From Candidatus Altimarinota bacterium (GTDB lineage: Bacteria > Patescibacteriota > Gracilibacteria > UBA1369), in the NCBI GenBank assembly GCA_963677745.1, contig OY782391.1:416001-480000 (forward strand): 64,000 bases of DNA, in the 5' to 3' direction. This document shows positions 1 through 9,889 of the stretch, in pieces. Position 1 is the stretch's first letter. Each line of letters opens with the position of its first letter. The notes below the pieces were generated by a model that saw only the letters and a program-made list of their open reading frames with translations, had not been told where the DNA came from and searched no databases. The position numbers and the translations under genes were made by a program.

Positions 1-155
1 AAAATGGTGAACACTCCCAAGCCCAGATAAAACACTCCGTAAATTTCCCTCAAAATCGATTTGGGAACATTGAGAGTGATCGCTGGTTTCGCCCTGCGGC
101 GGGAGGTCCTTCTGGAGGTATTTCTGGTGGTACTTCTATTTTTCCTTCTGGCCAT
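1..155 (-). CDS. 5' part of a membrane protein running off the window, possibly the FtsK/SpoIIIE DNA translocase N-terminus
   Basis: Manual translation from ATG at 155: MARRKNRSTTRNTSRRTSRRRAKPAITLNVPKSILREIYGVFYLGLGVFTI. A basic N-terminus followed by a TM segment is typical of FtsK; the diagnostic domains lie outside the window. Confidence 0.45.
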   Translation of the reverse strand, partial: MARRKNRSTTRNTSRRTSRRRAKPAITLNVPKSILREIYGVFYLGLGVFTI

Positions 156-270
156 ATTGAAAAACTATGTAAATTACTGCGCACTAAACTGCGCAGACAG
201 TATAAACAAATCCTAGTCTTGCGGCAAATCTTCTGCTATATTCGGCACGTTAAAATTTAAGTTCTCTCCC

Positions 271-1902
271 ATGACTGTTCGTACACGTTTTGCCCCTTCA
301 CCAACCGGATATTTGCACATCGGAGGCCTGCGCACCGCCCTTTACAGCTATTTATATGCCAAACAGCAGGGTGGAACATTTGTTCTGCGCATCGAGGACA
401 CCGACCAAACCCGTTATGTAGAGGGTGCCGTGGAAAAACTGATCAGGGTAATGGAACAGGTCGGACTTTCCTCTGATGAAGGTCCGGAAATCAGCACAAA
501 ACCAACCAACACTTACAAAGATACCCGCTACGCCCAACTGTCCGAAAAAGGCGACAAAGGCCCCTATATTCAGTCCGAACGCCACGATCTCTACACCAGA
601 TATGCCAATGAACTGCTGGAAAAAGGCCATGCCTACCACTGCTTTTGCACGCCCGAAGACTTGGACAAAATGAGAGCCGAGCAAACCGCCGCCAAGCTGG
701 CCCCCATGTATGACCGGCGCTGCCTGAAACTGACCGCCGCGGAAGTTGAGGCAAAACTCAAGTCCGGAACGTCGCATGTGATCCGTCTGAAAATGCCCCG
801 CGACCGCAAAATAGAATTCAAAGACCATGTCCGCGGCCGGGTTACCTTTATGGGAAATCAGGTTGATGACCAGGTGCTGATCAAATCAGACGGCCTGCCT
901 ACCTATCATCTGGCCAACGTGGTGGACGATCACCTGATGGAAATTACCCATGTCCTGCGAGCCGAAGAATGGCTGGCCTCCACTCCCAAACACATCGTCA
1001 TGTATGAAGCCTTCGGCTGGCCGGTACCCGAATATGCCCATTTGCCGCTAATCCTCAACGCCGACAAAACCAAACTTTCCAAACGCCAGAACGATGTGTC
1101 GGTGGAGTCCTATCTGGACAAAGGCTATTCCCCCGAAGCCCTGCTCAATTTTGTCGTACTGATGGGCTGGAATCCCGGCAAGGGCAGCGAACAGGAGATT
1201 TTTTCTCTTGATGAAATGATCAAAGCCTTCAGTTTGGAAGGCATCAATAAATCCGGCGCAGTATTTAATCCGGAGAAACTGGATTGGTTCAATCACCTTT
1301 GGCGCAAAATCAGATTCTTTGAAAAACTGGACGCGGAAGCCCAAAAAATCTCTCCGGAAATTGCCATTACCGTCAGCAAACACCACGATCATCTTTATCA
1401 GGTGCCCCAACGTAACGATTTCCACACCCTGCTGGAAAAACGCTCCGCGCTCCTGCTGGAACTCTGCCCGCAGATCAAGACACATCCCCTGTTTGCCGGC
1501 CATGAAAAGAAGTTTTTCCGCTCCCTGATCGTCACTGAAGACAAAATTTTACAAAACCCGGCGGATTGCTGGAATCAGATCGCCTACCTGTTTGAACCGC
1601 CCCAACTGGATCAAAAACTGCTTTTAAACGCCAAAATGGGTGTGGAAAATCAGGAACAAATACAGAAAGCCCTGAACATGGGCAAAGAACTTTTGGAAAA
1701 ACTGGTGCCCAGCCCCGATCTGGAAGAAATCAAAACGCTTTTCCTGGACACTATCAAGGAAAGAGGGCTTAAAAACGGGCAAATACTGTGGCCGCTGCGC
1801 GTCGCGCTAACCCACCAGGAATTCTCGGTAGGTGCGTTCGAAACTATCTGGACTCTGGGAAAAGATGAATCCCTAAAAAGACTTGCCGAAATTGGCTTTT
1901 AA
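271..1902 (+). CDS. gltX: Glutamate--tRNA ligase
   Basis: VRTRFAPSPTGYLHIGG (HIGH motif), LRIEDTD, KLSKR (KMSKS-like), C-terminal PLRVALT anticodon-binding domain. Confidence 0.97.
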   Translation: MTVRTRFAPSPTGYLHIGGLRTALYSYLYAKQQGGTFVLRIEDTDQTRYVEGAVEKLIRVMEQVGLSSDEGPEISTKPTNTYKDTRYAQLSEKGDKGPYIQSERHDLYTRYANELLEKGHAYHCFCTPEDLDKMRAEQTAAKLAPMYDRRCLKLTAAEVEAKLKSGTSHVIRLKMPRDRKIEFKDHVRGRVTFMGNQVDDQVLIKSDGLPTYHLANVVDDHLMEITHVLRAEEWLASTPKHIVMYEAFGWPVPEYAHLPLILNADKTKLSKRQNDVSVESYLDKGYSPEALLNFVVLMGWNPGKGSEQEIFSLDEMIKAFSLEGINKSGAVFNPEKLDWFNHLWRKIRFFEKLDAEAQKISPEIAITVSKHHDHLYQVPQRNDFHTLLEKRSALLLELCPQIKTHPLFAGHEKKFFRSLIVTEDKILQNPADCWNQIAYLFEPPQLDQKLLLNAKMGVENQEQIQKALNMGKELLEKLVPSPDLEEIKTLFLDTIKERGLKNGQILWPLRVALTHQEFSVGAFETIWTLGKDESLKRLAEIGF

Positions 1903-1935
1903 AGGCAGAATACTAATCGCAATAAGAGTAAAACC

Positions 1936-2316
1936 ATGAATTTTAGTGAATTGTCACAAATTGTGCGTTACCTGAGAAAGACTCTCCCCTGCGCCAACTG
2001 CAAATCCAATTATGAGGCCCCCAATATTGAGGTGCTCTCCACCTTTGACGATCAGGGATTGTTCAGTCTGGAATGCCCGGGCTGCCACAACCAGGTTCTG
2101 GTTCACATCACGGTCAGTGATGAGGAGAGAAATCTTTCCGAACCCAAAAGCCCCGGCAAACAGATTATCCGTGCCCACCGCTCCATCACCGAAAAAGAAA
2201 TTGATAAACACCTGCTGCAGGGCGCCCAGATTTCTTCCAACGACATCATCGACATGCATCTCTTTCTCAACCAGTTCAACGGAGACTTTAAACAACTCTT
2301 TTCCAAACTAAAATGA
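1936..2316 (+). CDS. Hypothetical Zn-ribbon protein
   Basis: Two CxxC pairs (CANC, CPGC); co-oriented with gltX. Confidence 0.75.
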   Translation: MNFSELSQIVRYLRKTLPCANCKSNYEAPNIEVLSTFDDQGLFSLECPGCHNQVLVHITVSDEERNLSEPKSPGKQIIRAHRSITEKEIDKHLLQGAQISSNDIIDMHLFLNQFNGDFKQLFSKLK

Positions 2317-2651
2317 AAAGCCACCCAATCAGACTCCTCGCCTTACTGCTCCTGCCCGCCGCCATCCTGGCCGGTTGCCAGACCATGCAGCAGTCCGCCC
2401 GCGAATTACGCTCCACCATCGATCAGACCGTCACCAACGTCCAGGACAAAGCCAACACCGTCAAAACCGGGATCGAGGACAAAGTGAATCAGGTGCAGTC
2501 GGGCGTGGAAAAGGTAAAAACCCAAGTTAATCAGACCTCGCAAGCCATCAATGAAAAAGTACTGCAGATTGACGAAGCCGGGCAAAAAATTGATCAAGCC
2601 AAACAGGCGCTGAGCGAAGCCAACCAGGCTGTGAGCAATATCGTTAAATAA
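2313..2651 (+). CDS. Small coiled-coil lipoprotein
   Basis: Signal peptide with LAGC lipobox, then an amphipathic helical repeat; ATGA overlap with the upstream gene. Confidence 0.75.
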   Translation: MKSHPIRLLALLLLPAAILAGCQTMQQSARELRSTIDQTVTNVQDKANTVKTGIEDKVNQVQSGVEKVKTQVNQTSQAINEKVLQIDEAGQKIDQAKQALSEANQAVSNIVK

Positions 2652-2693
2652 ACGGTCGGCCCCCCACATCAAATCACAAAACTCCTTCCATCC

Positions 2694-3890
2694 ATGCTCA
2701 TTCTCGTCATCAATTCCGGATCATCTTCCATTAAATTCCGGATTTTCAGCAAAACGGGAGGCCATTTTCAGTTGCTGGTAAAAGGACTGGCCGAAGCAAT
2801 CGGACTTCCCAACTCCCAGTTGGGTATGGAAAAAAATGATCAGACCAAACTGCTCAAAATCCCGCTTAGAAATCATCTGGAAGCGCTACAAACCATCTTT
2901 ACCTATCTCAAAAAATACCGTTTCCTCGCCCCTGGCGATCATTTCAGCCTGATCGGCCACCGCATCGTCCACGGCGGCGAAAAATACCGGCAACCCGTCA
3001 AAGTCACTCCTAAAATCCTCAAAGATATTGAGGATCTTTCGCGCCTGGCCCCGCTGCACAATCCCGCCCACATTGCCTGCATGAAAGCTTGCATCAAGCT
3101 TTTCCCCAGAGTACCGCAGGTGGCCGCCTTTGACACCTCTTTCCACGCCACCATGCCGGAGACCGCCTACTTATACGCCATCGACCCCCAACTGCACAAA
3201 AAATTCGGCATCCGCCGTTACGGTTTTCACGGCATCAACAATCAGTACGTCACTGCCGAAGCCACCAAAATTCTAAAAACCCTGCGGAAAAAGCATCAAA
3301 AAATGATTTGCGTGCATCTGGGTAACGGCTGCTCCATGACCGCCATCAAAAACGGCCGTTCGATTGAAAACAGCATGGGCTTCACCCCGTTGGAAGGTCT
3401 GATTATGGGCACCAGATCCGGCGATATTGACCCGGCACTGCTGGAAGTATTGAGCAACAGACTAAAGAAGAATCTCCACGACACCACCGAATTTCTGAAC
3501 AAGCAGTCCGGTCTGCTGGCTATGAGCGGAATCAGCTCTGACATGCGCACCATCTGGGCGGCCGTCCAAAAGAATAATCCCCGGGCCACCCAGACTCTGA
3601 ATTCTTTCTGCTATCGCATCGGTAAATATCTGAACGCTTACATCGGTGTACTCGGCGGCGTGGATGCCATAATTTTCACCGGCGGCATAGGCGAAAACGC
3701 CTGGTATGCCAGAGAACGCATCTTTACCTATCTGAAACACCTGGGCATCAGACTGGACGACCAGAAAAACCGGCACGGCGAGACTTTCATCAGCAGCCGC
3801 GGCAGCAAAGCATCCATCATGATGATCCCCGCCAATGAGGAACTGGAAATCGCCCGCCAGGCCACCCAGCTTTTAGCCAAAAAACCATGA
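2694..3890 (+). CDS. ackA: Acetate kinase
   Basis: ILVINSGSSSIK, GHRIVHGG, APLHNP, FDTSFH, HLGNG, GTRSGDID, FTGGIGEN, ANEE motifs. Confidence 0.96.
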   Translation: MLILVINSGSSSIKFRIFSKTGGHFQLLVKGLAEAIGLPNSQLGMEKNDQTKLLKIPLRNHLEALQTIFTYLKKYRFLAPGDHFSLIGHRIVHGGEKYRQPVKVTPKILKDIEDLSRLAPLHNPAHIACMKACIKLFPRVPQVAAFDTSFHATMPETAYLYAIDPQLHKKFGIRRYGFHGINNQYVTAEATKILKTLRKKHQKMICVHLGNGCSMTAIKNGRSIENSMGFTPLEGLIMGTRSGDIDPALLEVLSNRLKKNLHDTTEFLNKQSGLLAMSGISSDMRTIWAAVQKNNPRATQTLNSFCYRIGKYLNAYIGVLGGVDAIIFTGGIGENAWYARERIFTYLKHLGIRLDDQKNRHGETFISSRGSKASIMMIPANEELEIARQATQLLAKKP

Positions 3891-5326
3891 AACTCTATCC
3901 CAACACCTCACTCTACAAAGAACTCCTCAAGAGCATCGACCAGATCGACCAGCTTTTGACCGGTAAAACGCCTTCTGTGATCCTGCAGAAACTGGACTCG
4001 GAACTGGTTGACCTTTCTTCCGCCCTAGCTCTGTCCCTGGAGGAAAAAGAAATCGAGCAGGTGGATTACAAATTGTCGCTGCTGGAAGGCAACATCATCA
4101 AAATAATCCAGCTGGCGCATTTGGCCCATCACAAACATCAGATTGCCCTGACCGACCTGGAAAAAATCGAAGAAATTCTTAACCTGCTGCTCCAGAAAAT
4201 CAAAAACTTCCCCCGCAAAAGAAAAAACGTTCTGATCCTCAGTTCCATCATGGGACAAGGCCACATGAGCGCCTCCAAAGCGATTGTCCAGGGCGTGGAA
4301 TTTCTGTACGGCCGTGATTACAACGTCTCCATTATCGACTTCTACGAAGTAATCGGTTCATTGTTCAATAAAGCCACCGTCAAGGCCTATGAGGGCTCCA
4401 CCAAGTACCTGCCGGACGCCTATAAATATTTCTTTGAAGCCACCGATGCCAAATGGCCTGTCAAATTTCTGAACCTGATCAACTACCCTCTCAACGCAGC
4501 GCGCATCGAAAAACTTTTCAAATCCTACAATCCCGATATCATCATTTCCAATTATCCGATCTGGGAATATCTGGCCGAACTGATTATCAAAAAGATGGGA
4601 AACATTAAATTTTTGAGTCTGGTCACCGACTCCATTTCCATCCATAACGCCTGGGCTACAGCCAAGCCGGACGCGCATATCGTGGCCAATTTCGAGACAG
4701 CCATCTCCATGAAAAAACTGGGCGTGCCCGAGGACAAAATTCAAATACTGGGCTTCCCGGTCAAACTAGAATTTTCCACTCCCACCAATCGCACGGAATT
4801 TTTAAAGAGCCTCAACCTGGATCCAAACCAATATACGGTCGTTTTGATTCCGATCACCGAAAAAGCCAAGGCCACCATCAAACAGATTTCGGAAATCCGC
4901 GAAAACTTCAGTAACATCAATCTGATTGTGATTTGCGGCAGAAATGCCGAACTTTATCCCAAACTGGAGGAATTTGACCATCAGCCCAACACCCGCATTA
5001 TCGGCTGGACCGATCAAATGCCCGAATTCATCAAGAATTGCGACCTGGTTGTCACCAAAGCCGGCGGAGCCACCGTAATGGAATGTATCGCCTCCAAAAA
5101 ACCGATGGTGATCACCAATGTCATCCCCGGCCAGGAAATGGGCAATGCCGAACTGATCAAACTTCATGAACTGGGCATTATCCAGAAAGAAGCCAAAATG
5201 AGCATCAACGAATGCGTTGAATACATCCGCAAAAACCACGACCGCATCCTGGAAAACCTCTCCCGCATCAGCAACCCCGACGCCAGCCTGAAAATTGCCA
5301 GGTACATCCACGAGCAAATAAAATAA
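3887..5326 (+). CDS. MGDG synthase/UgtP-like GT28 glycosyltransferase with an extra N-terminal helical domain
   Basis: ILSSxMGQGH, VTD, GFPV, VICGRN, TKAGGAT, IPGQExGN motifs; ~110-aa helical extension before the GT core. Confidence 0.85.
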   Translation: MKLYPNTSLYKELLKSIDQIDQLLTGKTPSVILQKLDSELVDLSSALALSLEEKEIEQVDYKLSLLEGNIIKIIQLAHLAHHKHQIALTDLEKIEEILNLLLQKIKNFPRKRKNVLILSSIMGQGHMSASKAIVQGVEFLYGRDYNVSIIDFYEVIGSLFNKATVKAYEGSTKYLPDAYKYFFEATDAKWPVKFLNLINYPLNAARIEKLFKSYNPDIIISNYPIWEYLAELIIKKMGNIKFLSLVTDSISIHNAWATAKPDAHIVANFETAISMKKLGVPEDKIQILGFPVKLEFSTPTNRTEFLKSLNLDPNQYTVVLIPITEKAKATIKQISEIRENFSNINLIVICGRNAELYPKLEEFDHQPNTRIIGWTDQMPEFIKNCDLVVTKAGGATVMECIASKKPMVITNVIPGQEMGNAELIKLHELGIIQKEAKMSINECVEYIRKNHDRILENLSRISNPDASLKIARYIHEQIK

Positions 5327-5350
5327 GTCCTCACTTCCTGAATGAATTGT

Positions 5351-5782
5351 TTATTGGACTTTGATAAACCTCAATTCCCCTACCCCCAATTCTGTTTTAA
5401 ATCTCCCTTTACTGGAAACTTCCAGCAATCTTAAAACCAGATGTGGCATTAAGTTGAATGGCTGAAATAACATTTTTTCAATTAGTCGATAATTCTTTGT
5501 AGGATGATCGAAGTCTGTCCTTTTTTCTGGATCTATAATTTCTTCCATTGAGTAAACAAAATCAGACTCCTCAGCTCTCACTCTTGAACGAATTTCATCA
5601 ATAACATTTCTCACCAGGTCAGGTCTGGGCATATCTGGATAGCCCTTCAGACGAGCAATACGATCTAGCAAATCATCTGCTTCTTCAGTGGAGAAAACCC
5701 ATTTATGATCATTGGCTTCCTTCAATATGGAATTAAGGGGGGCCTTAACATCCCTTTGATAATCAAATTCAAATATCTCCAT
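5351..5782 (-). CDS. Hypothetical protein (orphan-like, AT-richer)
   Basis: 143-aa ORF filling the gap between genes; no motif recognised. Confidence 0.6.
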   Translation of the reverse strand: MEIFEFDYQRDVKAPLNSILKEANDHKWVFSTEEADDLLDRIARLKGYPDMPRPDLVRNVIDEIRSRVRAEESDFVYSMEEIIDPEKRTDFDHPTKNYRLIEKMLFQPFNLMPHLVLRLLEVSSKGRFKTELGVGELRFIKVQ

Positions 5783-5867
5783 AATCGTTTAGAAGAATAA
5801 AGTTAGAGTGTACTATAGACCACAATCTAACTTTTGTCAACAAGGTGTACCCCCCTCTAAATCATTA

Positions 5868-7877
5868 TCAAAGCGTTGTCCTGTAGACGGACTTACTGGT
5901 CAGCACATACATCGTATTGGTGTCTTTATCGACATATATATCCTTCAAATCCGTCAGATCATCCAGAATATATTGTCCGGTGTAGACTGCGCCTCCGGTC
6001 CGGTCGTCTTTGTTGTAAACCAGTACACGGCCTTCACCCGGTTCCAGCACAAAGATCTGGGTCATGTCGGCCTCGGTGAATATCTTGGTTGGTGAAATCA
6101 GATTCTTGACCGGCAGTTTCTTGATCGGAAAATCTTCTTTGTTACCCTGGAACAGCTTAGTGATATAGCCGTCCGATCCCAGTACATAGACATTGCCGTC
6201 AATTGCCAAATCAACGCCGTTCTTCAGATCCACGCCATTGGCATAGGGCTGCGCGGCGTCAAACTTATCGCGTCTGCGGGTGTATCTCCAGATCTGGCTG
6301 GCCAGCGGATCCAGGACATAAATCTTGTTGCTGTAGGCATCGATCACTTTGCCTTTCTTGAAACTCTCATCGGTAGTCTGCAAAAAGCTCATGCGGTCAT
6401 CCTTATATTCAATCAGCTTGCCCGATTCTGTGAAAAACAGCACCGAATCAAGATCATCATAATTCACGGCGGAAATGACTTTTTCATTGTCATCAATAGT
6501 CAGCGGATCGGCTACTTTATCCAGCAGAATCGGATAAAGAGCATTATATTCATAGGCAAATAACTTGTCCTTGAGGTTGACCAGCCCCAGGGCGCTCACA
6601 TTGGCGCGTTTCTGGGAAAGATCGGCCATTAATTCCATCTTGGGATGCATCACTCCGTCCAGCTTGTCACGGGTTTCCAGGATCATATCCAGTAAATCGC
6701 GCGCCTTGGACTTGTGATAACCGCTGTTTAGCACCTCAATGGCCTTTTGTTCGGCATCGGTAAGCATTTCTCCGGCTCTATCCTTGTCAAATTGCCCCGT
6801 GGTGATAGCCGAATTGATTTCCTCCCGGATCTGCACCAGATTATTGGCCAAAGTCTGGATTTTCTGATCTTCATCGGCTTTGGAACGCAGCCACCAGACC
6901 CCGAGCGTCAAGACAAACACCAGCAGGATAATCGAAACCAGAATCTTATCCTTGCCCCAGTTGCTGAAAGACCAGGGGTTTCCCGTCCCGCCCCGTTTGC
7001 TTCCCCTGTCCTCTGCACCCAGATCGGAAACTCGCTGCTTTACATTGGAAACGGTCTTCCCGAATAAAGTTTTCAGTTTACCCACCGACAGATTTTCCCG
7101 GGCGGCTTTCCAGTTCAGAGGCTTCCGCTGCGCGGGCACCTCCTCCTCCACTTCCTGAAAGCCCTCTTCGCGGTTATGAGCGTATTCTTCGGACATCACG
7201 ACCTTTTCCGCAGCCCTGGGTTGTCCGGCCTGCATGGCAATCAACCCGATTTTACTGATCACTTCACCGTGCAGAAAATCTTTGATGGTTACAGAGGTAT
7301 GTTGAAGATTGCCTCCCACATGTCTGGCCAGATCGGTTTTGGACACATACCGCAGCAGCCTGGTTGTACTGATCAATACAAAGTCGCCGGGTTCCAGATC
7401 GCCCGAGGCAATATTGGTAAAGATATCTTTGCTTTGTTCATCCTGTAAATCATCACTGATGGTGGTGGTAAGCCGTTTACGCACCAGATAAGCCTCCGCC
7501 TCACCGCATTGAGTCAGATAGAGTTGATTCCCGACCACCGCGGCAATTATCACATTCAGTTTGCCCAGCCAGTCATTGTCTCTTTCCTGTTTATATTCCT
7601 TAAGAGCCCGGTTAACCTCCTTCAGGGCTTCCTCAAAACGTTCGTACCCGTCAACTTCGCTGTCCGCAAAGAATATCCGGCGCATCCGGTCAAAAATAAT
7701 TTCGCCGATTTTATCGGGATCAATGTTGTTTTGGGCAATTTCCAGACAGATAAAAACCTTGCCGCTGTGTTCTCCTCCCTCTCCGAGGTCATAGGCGTAA
7801 TTTTCCACGAAACTGCCTTCATCGCTGCCTACAAATAAAAAATCGTATTGCGTAGTAAACTGCTGCTGGGTAGACAT
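5868..7877 (-). CDS. Membrane protein: degenerate PP2C-like domain + TM + coiled coil + beta-propeller (NHL-like)
   Basis: LYLTQCGEAEAYLVR and SGDLEPGDFVLIST resemble PP2C strands; TM ILVSIILLVFVLTLGVWWL; KIYVLD / DLAIDGNVYVL / DIYVD propeller blades. Confidence 0.75.
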   Translation of the reverse strand: MSTQQQFTTQYDFLFVGSDEGSFVENYAYDLGEGGEHSGKVFICLEIAQNNIDPDKIGEIIFDRMRRIFFADSEVDGYERFEEALKEVNRALKEYKQERDNDWLGKLNVIIAAVVGNQLYLTQCGEAEAYLVRKRLTTTISDDLQDEQSKDIFTNIASGDLEPGDFVLISTTRLLRYVSKTDLARHVGGNLQHTSVTIKDFLHGEVISKIGLIAMQAGQPRAAEKVVMSEEYAHNREEGFQEVEEEVPAQRKPLNWKAARENLSVGKLKTLFGKTVSNVKQRVSDLGAEDRGSKRGGTGNPWSFSNWGKDKILVSIILLVFVLTLGVWWLRSKADEDQKIQTLANNLVQIREEINSAITTGQFDKDRAGEMLTDAEQKAIEVLNSGYHKSKARDLLDMILETRDKLDGVMHPKMELMADLSQKRANVSALGLVNLKDKLFAYEYNALYPILLDKVADPLTIDDNEKVISAVNYDDLDSVLFFTESGKLIEYKDDRMSFLQTTDESFKKGKVIDAYSNKIYVLDPLASQIWRYTRRRDKFDAAQPYANGVDLKNGVDLAIDGNVYVLGSDGYITKLFQGNKEDFPIKKLPVKNLISPTKIFTEADMTQIFVLEPGEGRVLVYNKDDRTGGAVYTGQYILDDLTDLKDIYVDKDTNTMYVLTSKSVYRTTL

Positions 7878-7941
7878 TGGATTTTTTCTTTATTGTTATT
7901 TTTGCTGTTTTGGGCAGCCAGAGTTTAACATAAAAATATAA

Positions 7942-7970
7942 TTGACACAAAATAAACTAAAAGTTATCTT
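7942..7970 (+). promoter_or_regulatory. sigma70-type promoter of the rpmH operon
   Basis: TTGACA-N17-TATCTT. Confidence 0.6.
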
Positions 7971-7997
7971 CTGCTGGCCAATTCAACAATATCGACC

Positions 7998-8138
7998 ATG
8001 CCAATTGCCAAACTTCAAAAGAGAAAACATCTCAAAATCCACGGTTTCAGAGCCAGAATGAAGACCGCAGGGGGAAGAAAAGTCCTGTCCGCCCGCCGCG
8101 CCAAAGGAAGAAAACAGCTGACAGTAAGTGATAAATAG
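7998..8138 (+). CDS. rpmH: 50S ribosomal protein L34 (missed by the ORF track)
   Basis: Manual translation [46 protein letters not shown]; HGFRxRM...RRxKGR signature; lies upstream of rnpA. Confidence 0.95.
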   Translation: MPIAKLQKRKHLKIHGFRARMKTAGGRKVLSARRAKGRKQLTVSDK

Positions 8139-8168
8139 CAGCGACCCCATCTTCGTTGAAAATTTTTA

Positions 8169-8510
8169 ATGCTCAAAAAAACTCAACGTATTTCCAAAAA
8201 TCAAATCTCCTGGGTGCAAAAGAAGGGTTCCCGCTTCTCCAACCAATACCTGTCTATAAAATTTTGCCTCAACAGGGAGAACTTTTGCCGCTATAGTGTG
8301 GTAGTCAGCAAAAAAATTGCCGCTTTGGCTACCGACCGCAATCTGCTGCGCCGTCAGCTTTACGAAATCATCGGTCAAAGACCTGCCGGCGGCCAAAATT
8401 TGGACTATATAATAATGGTCAATCTCCCGCTTATCCCCTTATCCTTTACGGAGAAAAAGAACCAGTTGCTATCTGCTCTGGAACAAATCTCCGCCAAAAA
8501 CAACCAATAG
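8169..8510 (+). CDS. rnpA: Ribonuclease P protein component
   Basis: RYSVVVSKK...ATDRNLLRRQLYE (RNR motif); rpmH-rnpA-yidC synteny. Confidence 0.92.
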   Translation: MLKKTQRISKNQISWVQKKGSRFSNQYLSIKFCLNRENFCRYSVVVSKKIAALATDRNLLRRQLYEIIGQRPAGGQNLDYIIMVNLPLIPLSFTEKKNQLLSALEQISAKNNQ

Positions 8511-8511
8511 T

Positions 8512-9867
8512 ATGGATAGTAAAGCCCTCAAAAACATTCTCAATCAGGCACTGACCTTTCTGGTCATCTTTTTGATTGTGAACTTCGTCTACAACCAGTT
8601 TTTCAATCAACCGGCCGAACCCAAGACCGGCCTGCAGTTTTACGTAGCCCAAAAACAGCTGGGCCAGAACGATCTGGTCGCGGCTCATCTGGATAACTTT
8701 ACCACTCAGGACATCATTCTTAAATCCCGCTGCCCGGAACCCTCTTTCCAGGTGGAAAAACTGGAAAACGGCCAATGGAAACCGGTTATCGCCACCGCCA
8801 AAATTGACTGCAGCGCCCATCCCGACCAAACCATCAAAGCCGGAGAAAAGTTTGTTTACAATTTCCGCAGCTGGAACCACGAAATCTTCGGCGAACTGGG
8901 AACCTACAAATTAAAAACAATCATCGGCGACCAGTCCCTGGAATCGACCCAGTTTGACATCGTCAATATGTCATTTTTCGGCTGGATCTGGACCACTCTA
9001 ATCCATCAGCCTATCTACAACGCCCTGGTTTTCTTTGCCAGCATCCTGCCCGGTAATAACCTCGGTCTGGCCATCATCCTCCTGACCATCTTAATCAGAA
9101 CCATCTTACTGCTGCCCAATCAGAAAGCTCTCAAATCCCAGAAGAAACTCCAGCATCTCCAGCCCAAACTGGCGGAACTAAAAGAAAAACACGGAGGAGA
9201 CCAGCAAAAAATCGCCCAGGAAACACTGTCCCTCTACAAAGAGCATAAAGTCAGTCCTTTTGGCAGCTGTCTGCCTCTGCTGATTCAGCTACCCATATTG
9301 ATCGGCCTCTTCAACGTCATCCAGACCGGCATGGATCCCGGCAGCAGTTACCTGCTCTACGGCCCACTGAAAAACTTTGATCTGAGTCTGGTACAAACCA
9401 ACTTTTACGGCCTGCTGGACCTGACTAAAATAGACTTTATAGTCCTGCCGGTAATTGTGGGCCTGCTGCAATTCCTGCAACTTCGCCTGAGTCTGGGCAA
9501 ACAGAAAAAAACTGTAAATACCGGCGAAAAAAAGAAGGGTTCCGAAATGGAAATTGCCAACCGCACCATGACCATGATTATGCCCTTTATGGTAGCATTC
9601 TTCACGGCCTCCATGCCTTCCGGCGTCGGTCTCTACTGGGCATTTTCCACGCTTTACGGCATCGGCCAGCAGGTAGTGGTCAACCGCCTGCATGACCAGG
9701 AAAACACCCGCATTCAGGTGGTTCCGGCCAAAGGCAATAAAGAGAAAAAACAGTTATACAAGGAACTGAATGAACAAAGAAAATCCGGCAACGAGCACGA
9801 CGGGCAGGAACCGAAAGATCAGGACTCCAACGACCAGGATCCGCCCGTAACCGTCATAAAAGCTTAA
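8512..9867 (+). CDS. yidC: Membrane protein insertase YidC
   Basis: GLAIILLTILIR, LQPKLxELKEK, GSCLPLLIQLPI, PSGVGLYW motifs. Confidence 0.95.
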   Translation: MDSKALKNILNQALTFLVIFLIVNFVYNQFFNQPAEPKTGLQFYVAQKQLGQNDLVAAHLDNFTTQDIILKSRCPEPSFQVEKLENGQWKPVIATAKIDCSAHPDQTIKAGEKFVYNFRSWNHEIFGELGTYKLKTIIGDQSLESTQFDIVNMSFFGWIWTTLIHQPIYNALVFFASILPGNNLGLAIILLTILIRTILLLPNQKALKSQKKLQHLQPKLAELKEKHGGDQQKIAQETLSLYKEHKVSPFGSCLPLLIQLPILIGLFNVIQTGMDPGSSYLLYGPLKNFDLSLVQTNFYGLLDLTKIDFIVLPVIVGLLQFLQLRLSLGKQKKTVNTGEKKKGSEMEIANRTMTMIMPFMVAFFTASMPSGVGLYWAFSTLYGIGQQVVVNRLHDQENTRIQVVPAKGNKEKKQLYKELNEQRKSGNEHDGQEPKDQDSNDQDPPVTVIKA

Positions 9868-9889
9868 TATCCTTAATTATTCAACCAGT

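Noticed and set aside
7878-7997. oriC next to rpmH
   Set aside because: No dnaA gene and no TTATCCACA boxes in the 120-nt gap.
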